This document shows positions 8,305 through 15,141 of a stretch of 24,276 bases of DNA, in pieces. The notes under the pieces are model-generated. The model was given only the letters and a program-made list of their open reading frames with translations. It was not told the origin of the DNA and did not search any database. Made by a program: the position numbers and the translations under genes. This DNA is from a virus. Every line of letters starts with the position of its first letter. Position 1 is the stretch's first letter. The stretch lies in IMG/VR virus record IMGVR_UViG_3300045988_119278, one strand, 5' to 3'.

Positions 8305-8674
8305 CTATGAAAGAAAGGAGTAAAATAACATAAATGACTAAAAACTTTTTTAAAGACTTCCTAGCCTGCTATTATATATAAAAATTAGAGTTAGTTATTT
8401 TATTTAACTCACCCAAAAATTTAAACGAATTTTCAAATAATTAATTTCAATACTTTTATCTAATTTGGATAGGAGAAAGGGGATTAGTATACCCAACTAA
8501 CCCCCATAGTTTATTTACTAACAAATCCCAAATATAGTAGTATCAATTATGATTTAATAACCTTCCAAGAATTAAATCATAACCAATAGGTAAAGAAGTC
8601 ACGGCAGAACTACAGGTAGAGAAGTAGAAAACCCGTTTGCCATTTAAGGCAGTTCCGCTATTCTTTATGTATTT

Positions 8675-8704
8675 ATAATACCAAAAATTTTTCCAAAAGT
8701 CCAA
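8675..8704 (-). promoter_or_regulatory. Candidate promoter TTGGAC-18-TATTAT with an extended -10 TGn
   Basis: Minus strand reads TTGGACTTTTGGAAAAATTTTTGGTATTAT. It would transcribe the 8227-8670 non-coding region toward the RHH operon. Confidence 0.35.
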
Positions 8705-8713
8705 TAAGGGCGG

Positions 8714-8992
8714 TCAGCAAGTCTTTAAGCGCTCATAGGCAAGGGCAACCGCATAATACTTATCATAAATGTCAGTCTTAGGATTCCTATCTGCTACATC
8801 ACTCATAATAGTATCCTCAAAAACGCACAAAACCACATCTTGATAATCTCCTTCATCAAAGCGTTCCTCAACATAGTTACTATCAAGGCGTTCAAAAACG
8901 CAATCATTTAACAACTCTTCAACTTCTTCTCTCTTGGACGTTTTATCAATAATTTCCTCAACATTCATCTTATATAAGTCATTAACTAACAT
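8714..8992 (-). CDS. Highly acidic 92-aa protein, first gene downstream of the leftward switch promoter
   Basis: Intact track ORF with RBS AAAGGAG and a TGA stop. About 24 of 92 residues are D/E. No in-frame TAG. Confidence 0.7.
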   Translation of the reverse strand: MLVNDLYKMNVEEIIDKTSKREEVEELLNDCVFERLDSNYVEERFDEGDYQDVVLCVFEDTIMSDVADRNPKTDIYDKYYAVALAYERLKTC

Positions 8993-9039
8993 TCTTATCT
9001 CTCCTTTTTATCTTTGTTTTTCCTTTATCTTATATATAT

Positions 9040-9068
9040 ATTATATTATTTATTTTTAATAAAATCAA
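9040..9068 (-). promoter_or_regulatory. Sigma-70-like promoter TTGATT-17-TATAAT (leftward)
   Basis: Minus strand has TTGATT at 9068-9063, a 17-nt spacer, and TATAAT at 9045-9040, upstream of CDS 8714..8992. Confidence 0.55.
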
Positions 9069-9275
9069 AAAAGGACTTTTGTATTAGTTATATAATGTTA
9101 TCTTCTCTTTCTTTTGGATATTGCTTTGTATAAAATAAAATTACTCAGTATAAAAGCAAGTTATCTGTCATAAAACTTTTAACCTTAAATGATAGCACTT
9201 TTTATTGAATTTTGCCTTTCATTTTATTGATTTTACACAGAAAATAACTCTCTAATAATTTGTTTAATGTGGATA

Positions 9276-9303
9276 TTGACTTATATAATTCCTTGCCTAT
9301 ACT
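9276..9303 (+). promoter_or_regulatory. Sigma-70-like promoter TTGACT-16-TATACT (rightward)
   Basis: TTGACT at 9276-9281 and TATACT at 9298-9303, about 50 nt upstream of the ATG at 9352. It is divergent from the 9040-9068 promoter. Confidence 0.6.
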
Positions 9304-9351
9304 AATCATCAGGGGAAACCCCACACAAAATAGGAAAGAGAGATAATCACA

Positions 9352-9540
9352 ATGAGAATTAGCCTTGATTTGGAAACCAATGAAATTATTGTCCCCAAGA
9401 ACTTCTTTAAGGAGATTGAAAAAAGGAACGAAATGATTGTTAAAATGGGCGGTGAAGCCATTAAACCCATTGACCTTATTAAAAAGTCCTTTGAAGTGGC
9501 TATGAGTAATACGGACAAGAACTTACACGTGCGCGCTTAA
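9352..9540 (+). CDS. Hypothetical 62-aa protein, first rightward gene
   Basis: Track ORF with a promoter upstream, a weak RBS (AAGAGAG) and a TAA stop. The antisense ORF 9309..9518 is hydrophobic, low-complexity and lacks an RBS. Confidence 0.55.
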   Translation: MRISLDLETNEIIVPKNFFKEIEKRNEMIVKMGGEAIKPIDLIKKSFEVAMSNTDKNLHVRA

Positions 9541-9541
9541 T

Positions 9542-9724
9542 ATGGGAGCAAAGGGGACTAAAGTAACCAGTAGAGAGAAAAAGCGTATGTGGGAACTCTA
9601 CCAGTTGGGTTTAACTTTCTCTGCTATTGGTAAGAAAATGCGTCGTTCACCTGATACAATTAGCAGATACGTCCACGAGTATGAAGCCAGCCTAAATGTA
9701 GCCAACCTATTAACGCAAAAATAA
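9542..9724 (+). CDS. Small HTH DNA-binding protein, 60 aa; regulator or excisionase-like candidate
   Basis: Sequence SREKKRMWELYQLGLTFSAIGKKMRRSPDTISRYV has an HTH pattern. The gene starts 2 nt after the previous stop, ends in TAA, and is convergent with the integrase. Confidence 0.7.
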   Translation: MGAKGTKVTSREKKRMWELYQLGLTFSAIGKKMRRSPDTISRYVHEYEASLNVANLLTQK

Positions 9725-9752
9725 AAAGAAGGGGTTTATGCCCCTTCTTTTT
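9724..9752. terminator. Bidirectional hairpin terminator between convergent genes
   Basis: AAAAAGAAGGGG-TTTATG-CCCCTTCTTTTT, with A-run and T-run flanks. The integrase stop codon lies in the loop. Confidence 0.7.
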
Positions 9753-10662
9753 TCATCTTCTCTGTTAGATTGTCTAATGGATTAAATTGAATCTGTAAGT
9801 CATTGCCATAGAGATTGACATAGTGCCTACTCATATCAATGGTGCTATGTCCCAACCAGCCTTGAAGCTGAACCATACCCCCGCCCGCCATTACAAACTT
9901 TTTGGCAAAGGTGTGTCTAAATAAGTGAGCGGAAGTCTTAGAAACCCCTCTTGAAATGTTGTAGGTTGTCAGGGCATTTTGAAAACCCCTCTTATTAAGC
10001 ATTGCGCCCTCACAGGATGGAAACAAAGGGCTATCAGGTGTCCAGTCCCACGTGTCTAAATACTCTCTCAAAACGGCTTCTAAAGCCTTGGAAAGGGGGA
10101 TTAATTGTTGCTTGCGGTTTTTCATCATTCTCAGAAAGATAAAGCCCTTTTCAAAGTCAATGTCCTTTACCCTCAGATTAATCACCGTGCCTACTCTATT
10201 TCCAGTAGCAATGAGGTAATTGACCGCACACCACATACGCCATTCCGTCCACCTATTGGAATCAGGCTTTTTAAGCAATCTGGCAAGTTCCGCATCAGTA
10301 TAAGGCTCTTTCTCTTCCGCATCCTCTTTCATCAGGGTAATTTCAAGGGGTTTCATATACTCCCTTTCAACCATAAACCTGAAAAACACTCTAAGCCCTC
10401 TAATTCTTGTATTTAAGGAAGTGGTTTTCTTACCCGCATCAATAAGAGACACAAGCCAATCCTCATAAACCTGTTGCGTGACCTCATCCACATATTTAAA
10501 TGTTCCAGCAGTAGAGAAGAAGTATTCAATATCTTCCTCATAGTATCTTAGGGTTTCTTCTCTCAGATTCTTCAATTTACAATGCTTGATGAACTCTGAT
10601 TCAGCTTCTACAATTCCTATGCGCTTTTGGGTCTTTGCGTTTTTGATGGTAGTCATTCTCAT
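9736..10662 (-). CDS. int: Tyrosine recombinase / phage integrase, 308 aa, with no in-frame TAG
   Basis: Intact track ORF. The C-terminal catalytic region is ...AHLFRHTFAKKFVMAGGGMVQLQGWLGHSTIDMSRHYVNLY (R..H-x-x-R..H..Y). GGAGG RBS and TAA stop. Confidence 0.93.
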   Translation of the reverse strand: MRMTTIKNAKTQKRIGIVEAESEFIKHCKLKNLREETLRYYEEDIEYFFSTAGTFKYVDEVTQQVYEDWLVSLIDAGKKTTSLNTRIRGLRVFFRFMVEREYMKPLEITLMKEDAEEKEPYTDAELARLLKKPDSNRWTEWRMWCAVNYLIATGNRVGTVINLRVKDIDFEKGFIFLRMMKNRKQQLIPLSKALEAVLREYLDTWDWTPDSPLFPSCEGAMLNKRGFQNALTTYNISRGVSKTSAHLFRHTFAKKFVMAGGGMVQLQGWLGHSTIDMSRHYVNLYGNDLQIQFNPLDNLTEKMKKEGA

Positions 10663-10721
10663 AGATTATTTTCCTCCATAAAATCCAGTTCTCTACCACC
10701 CCAAGGAATCTAATGTAAAAG

Positions 10722-10750
10722 AAAAAAACTCAAGGGAAAAACCCTTGAGT
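10722..10750 (-). terminator. Rho-independent terminator immediately 3' of the tRNA-like segment
   Basis: Perfect 9-bp stem ACTCAAGGG/CCCTTGAGT with a 5-nt loop, followed on the minus strand by T7. Confidence 0.7.
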
Positions 10751-10759
10751 TTCAACACT

Positions 10760-10815
10760 TTGGTGCGCGAGGCGGGACTTGAACCCGCACGTCCGTAATG
10801 AACACTAGAACCTGA
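10760..10815 (-). other. Probable attP core: 3' portion of a type-II tRNA-Leu(CAG)-like gene, from anticodon loop to CCA; not a complete tRNA
   Basis: Minus strand reads TTCAGGT-TCTAG-TGTTCATTACGGACGT-GCGGGTTCAAGTCCCGC-CTCGCGC-A-CCA. It has a T-arm, a variable arm and the 3' acceptor strand. No 5' acceptor strand (GCGCGAG) or matching 5' anticodon stem lies upstream. It is about 100 bp from the integrase. Confidence 0.7.
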
Positions 10816-10952
10816 ATCCCCGTCTGCCTTACTACTTCTGAGAACTCAAGTTTTTCTTACACCAGCTATTCCCCAAGGTGATTAGCTCTAACTTCTCATT
10901 AGAACTATCCAATGGACGTGTCTATTATACCACAGATTCTATTTTTGTCAAC

Positions 10953-10990
10953 AAAAAAAGGGTTATGGCTTTTAACCATAACCCTTTTTT
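10953..10990. terminator. Strong hairpin terminator (bidirectional flanks) after CDS 10992..11255
   Basis: AAAAAAAGGGTTATGG-CTTTTAA-CCATAACCCTTTTTT, a perfect stem. Confidence 0.8.
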
Positions 10991-10991
10991 A

Positions 10992-11255
10992 TTATCCCTC
11001 TAACTCAGCTAATTCAGCTTGAAGTTTAGCAATCATTTCTTTCTTTTTCTCAATGGTTTTGAGTTTCTTCTTATCCTTACTCTGTTCCGCAATAACCGCT
11101 TTAACTTCATCCTTCTCTAAGAACTCTTTAACAAGGTTGCCAATCACACTAGTGGGGGTAGCACCTTCAACGCCTTTACAATAAATGCTGAGGGCTTCAA
11201 AATCCTTAACCGCAATCTTAATCTCAGGGCGCTTTGTTCTTGTTGTGTTAGCCAT
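10992..11255 (-). CDS. 87-aa protein with an RHH-like N-terminus and charged coiled-coil tail, in an autonomous cassette next to attP
   Basis: Intact track ORF with GGAGG RBS, its own promoter (11288-11316) and terminator. Sequence includes KRPEIKIAVKDFEALSIYCKGVEGATPTSVIGNLVKEFL. No in-frame TAG. Confidence 0.75.
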   Translation of the reverse strand: MANTTRTKRPEIKIAVKDFEALSIYCKGVEGATPTSVIGNLVKEFLEKDEVKAVIAEQSKDKKKLKTIEKKKEMIAKLQAELAELEG

Positions 11256-11287
11256 AAAACAACCTCCATAATTTATTGGATGAGTTA

Positions 11288-11316
11288 ATACTACCTCATT
11301 TACTTGTGATTGTCAA
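11288..11316 (-). promoter_or_regulatory. Sigma-70-like promoter TTGACA-17-TAGTAT
   Basis: Minus strand has TTGACA at 11316-11311, a 17-nt spacer, and TAGTAT at 11293-11288, about 30 nt upstream of the RBS of CDS 10992..11255. Confidence 0.65.
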
Positions 11317-11330
11317 CTAATTTTTTGCCT

Positions 11331-11531
11331 TTATTCCTTAATTTCCTCTTGGATAATAGCAACTTGTTTTTCTAACTGATAAGTGCGTTCTATCAGATTA
11401 TTATGCTTATTAACCTTTTCCTCTAATTCTTTTAATCTATACTCAATCAAAGCAGTAGATTTTCTATTTGCTATCCAAGAACCGCCCAAAGCGCCAATCA
11501 TTCCTAAGATAGCAACAATAATAGCCTACAT
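11331..11531 (-). CDS. Single-pass membrane protein with a coiled coil, 66 aa; lysis-protein (holin/XhlA-like) candidate. TAG is codon 2.
   Basis: AAGGAGG, 7 nt, then ATG TAG GCT... Sequence is M.AIIVAILGMIGALGGSWIANRKSTALIEYRLKELEEKVNKHNNLIERTYQLEKQVAIIQEEIKE. Stop is TAA. It is the last gene of the tail operon. Confidence 0.6.
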
Positions 11532-11543
11532 TTCAAGTCCTCC

Positions 11544-14500
11544 TTAACTAAAGTAAATAATGACACACCCCTAAGCACCAGAAGAACCAGAAGAACCAGA
11601 ACCTCCTGAGCCACCACTACCAGAGTAGATTTTAGGATTGTCATTTTTATAGGGGTTAGAATCAGCGCCATAATTAACATTACCATACATAGCAACACCG
11701 CCAGAAGCGCCACCACCACCGCCACCGCCGTTTCCTCCATTACCACCATTACCATAAGTAGTAGGAGCACTTGGAGCAACAGCAGAAGCACCTTTACCAC
11801 CATCAGCACACCAAGCTGTAAATCTTGGAGACTGTTGAGAACCATAGATTCTTGAAGAATTGCCGTGAGCAGAATTATTACCAGCAGAAGCCCCACCAGA
11901 GCCACCACCACCAGCAACAACACCAATGGTTACATTATTATAGTTTATGTGTCCAAAATCGCTGGCTCCGTAAATATTACCACCACTATAAGTAGTTCCA
12001 TTATAAACAACACTTTTACCAACTTTAGCATTATAGTAGCTCCATTGCATCATACCAGTGCCAGTTACTCTAATAATTTCATAACCGTCACCACCATCAC
12101 CACCAGCTATACCTTCATTACCAATAACGGCATAAGTAGCATTGGTAAACGTGTTTGTGTAACCAGTAGAAGAGGAAGAACCAGTAGCAGAAGAAGCAGT
12201 AGTGCCATTGTAAGTGAATGTAGTATTTCCACCTGCTGAACCTGCGGTATTGGTAGAACCACCCGCACCACCTGAACCAATGCTAATAGTAAATGTGTCA
12301 GTTAATTTTGGAATGATAAAATCTTTCTAAAAGATTTTGCCACCAGAGCCAGCCGTGCCACCTGAGCCACCAGCACCGCCAGAACCATTACTTGCTATAT
12401 CGTATCCTCCATTTAATTTAACAGAAGCAGAACCGCCACCTCTACCAGACGAACCATTTTTACCACCTTTACCGCCCGTTCCGCCACCAATACAAACAAC
12501 TCTAATGTTTCTATGTGTAGCGCCAATACCTGACAAAGTATAACTACCGCCCGCACTAATTACTGTGCTCTTGGTATAATCATAAGTCTTAATTGAAACG
12601 GTAATTGGTTGATTTGCGGTTTGGGTAATTCCGCCATCTGTATAAGAAACAACAATTTGAGTTGTTCCATAAGGCAAAACGCCACTTGGGGAATAAGTAT
12701 AAGTTGTAATTACTTTATTTGTGTTATCAGAATAATAAGCGGTTATTTCCATTCCCTAAGTGTTAAATGATTCAGTATCATAATAGGATTTATATGTTGG
12801 CTCTTGGGTAATTGCTATTGAAGTTAGATAGATAACAACAATAGTCAATGTAGCCGTTTTAGTAATTCCCTTTTTAGTATAAGATACTGTAATTGTTGTA
12901 TCATCTTTTCCAAGAGCGGAAGTAGGTGTGTAAGTATAACCTCTAATTGCTTTACTACTTCCATCGTCAAAACTGGCAACAACAACCATACCTGTATTAT
13001 CAAAAAACTCACCTGCTCTATAAGTCATTTTATCAGGGTTAGTTATTATAGAAATACCAGTAAGATTTGGTGTATTTCCTATTGTTATCTCTTGGATAGT
13101 TGTTTTTGTAATTCCATCCTCAGTATATGAGATTGTAATTTCCGTATCATTATTACTACTAACTGTTTGCGGGCTGTAGGTGTAATTCTCTACAACTTTG
13201 CTTGAACCGTCTGAATAATAGGCTTCTAATACCATACCAGCAAGGCTAATAGTTTCCCCAATCTCATAAGCAGTTTCATCAGGTGGAGTTGTAATTGCTA
13301 TTGTCTTTAATAAGTTCTTAACTACAACGTCTAATTCTGTGCTCTTAACAACTCCCATTTCTCTATAAGTAATAATTACTTTAGTTGTATCCTTGGTAAG
13401 AACACTTGGGCTTACTGAGTAGTTTTTAACAATGGCTTTGTTTCCATCATCGTATGTGGCTTCAATAACCATTCCTGTTTTATCAAAATAATCCCCTGCT
13501 TCATAAGTTGTCTTATTGGGCGGAGTTTTAATAGCAATACTTACTAACTCTCTACTACCATAAATAGGTGGTGGATTATAGCCCAATCTTACTTCAACTT
13601 CACCTTTGGTTATTTGCTGTCCAAAAGTTCCCTCAATGCTCTTAATAATACCTGTGCTTTCCTCTTCAAATTGATTTGGCATAGTTATATTGTCTAAAGG
13701 TTTTTCATCATTCATAACTATTGAGCCTGATAAAGTGCTAGGCGCGTCATAATAAGCCATAACTTTTTCAGCAACAGAGTTAGAATTTGCTAAAGTGATT
13801 AAAGTAGCGTCCTCTACCTTAGCAACCTTTTCTTTACCTTGGTAGTTCTCTTTATCTCTGCTCACAATCAATTTTGAATGTATGTAAGGCTTTCCTTTAA
13901 TGGTAGCACTTGCGGAAGAAGAGACAACCGCATAATTCACACCTACTTCACTATTGAGTAAAGAGCAACCTGAAAAAGTAATACTATGGTGTGGTTCATC
14001 CCAAGTAATAATTGCTCCATTATCAATTACATATCCTTTTGGACTTGTAAAGCTACTTCCTACAATTTCACCAACATAAATATCCTCAGCCTAAGCATTA
14101 TCAACCTTGCTAAATTGATGCTCTATGACTTCAATTCTGCTTGCTGGGGCATTGTAGGTTATCTTACCTGAATCATAAACTCTATTGGCAGGGATTCCAG
14201 TAGGCGTATCAACTGTAAGAGTAGTAAAGTTGATAATACCATCTTTCTTTTTAACACAACCTCCAACAGCAAAGAGAAGTTGTTTTAAATTATCTCTTCT
14301 TGTGGCTACTGGCAACCAACCATAAACCTTAATCTTAGAAAAGATACTGTGCTCAGTATAAGTTATCTTTCCACCAATAATATCTTTAATAATATCACTT
14401 GCGGTTTGGCCTGAGTAAATACCGCCATAGTGGTTTGTATCATCCAATAGGCCAATAGCAGATTGAAGTGAGAAAGTGTATTCATATTTGCTGTTTCTCT

Positions 14501-14762
14501 CTACGTCTTTAAGATAGTAGCGGGCATATAATTTATCATCTTTATAGTATTCAACCTCTGAACCATAAGTAAAGGAGATAAGAGAGGGTGTTGCCCTCTC
14601 ATATCTCACTTTAACAGTCATTGTGTCTATACTTAATTCATCTTCTAACAAACTTGTTTCATTATAGAATGAACCCTCTATGATTTTCCCCTCTCCACTA
14701 TCAACCTAATCAGTAAAGGTTAATGTGATATTTTTATCGTATTTGTATATAACTTTGTTCAT
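11544..14762 (-). CDS. Giant tail tip / fibre protein, 1072 aa: Tal-like N-terminus, four Big_3-type Ig repeats, then glycine-rich C-terminal domains. 5 in-frame TAG (14706, 14091, 12756, 12327, 11571).
   Basis: Track ORFs 14091..14651, 12756..13940, 12327..12752 and 11571..12053 all share one frame and are separated only by TAG. The TAG at 12756 lies inside a Big_3 repeat (..ESFNT.GMEITAYYSDN.. aligned with ..FFDNTGMVVVASFDDG..). ATG at 14760-14762 follows GAGAGG. TAA stop at 11544-11546. Confidence 0.8.
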
Positions 14763-14766
14763 TCAA

Positions 14767-15129
14767 TTACCTCTCAATCAAAGGAAAACTAATACCCGTC
14801 CAATATTCAACACCGTTCTTTACCATTAGAAATTCAGCAGGAACATTATTACTGTAAGCCTAATAAGTTCTTGTGGTATTGGTCTTTGGGTTAGTGACAG
14901 TTAGGCTTACATATTCAGGTTCAATCAAAGAAAGCAAAGTTGCGGTTTCCTATGAGGTTAAAGGACGGCAATTAACCGTCCATTTATCCTTTGTTGCTAC
15001 TCTGTCTCTATACATTGTTCCATCTAAAGCACGGCCCGCATTTGGCCCGTCTAAATCGTTTCTTGTGTATTGTAATCCTCCATTGGCAATATAAGGGGTA
15101 ATATCAGTGCCATTAATTTTAAAAACCAT
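14767..15129 (-). CDS. Small tail component (Dit-position protein), 120 aa, with 2 in-frame TAG (14950-14952, 14860-14862)
   Basis: AAGGAGG RBS and ATG at 15127-15129. Sequence is MVFKINGTDITPYIANGGLQYTRNDLDGPNAGRALDGTMYRDRVATKDKWTVNCRPLTS.. Stop is TAA. It is missing from the track because TAG splits it. Confidence 0.75.
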
Positions 15130-15141
15130 TTATTTACCTCC

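Noticed and set aside
9309-9518. Minus-strand ORF of 69 aa, antisense to 9352..9540.
   Set aside because: It has no RBS or promoter and a hydrophobic, low-complexity sequence. The plus-strand ORF has a TTGACT-16-TATACT promoter and is followed 2 nt later by the HTH gene.
10760-10830. The tRNA-like sequence might be the phage's amber suppressor tRNA.
   Set aside because: The loop that fits the conserved Leu scaffold reads TTCAGGT (anticodon CAG). The alternative register that would place CTA in a loop has no pairing stems. The 5' acceptor strand and a proper D arm are absent. It is better explained as the attP copy of a host tRNA-Leu 3' end.
11504-12543. ORFs 11504..11926 (-), 11865..12239 (+) and 12337..12543 (+), which are Leu/Val-rich, Thr/Ser-rich and Pro-rich respectively.
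   Set aside because: They are alternative-frame or antisense readings of the GGN-rich repeats that encode the glycine-rich fibre domain. The in-frame reading is continuous with the Big_3 repeats.
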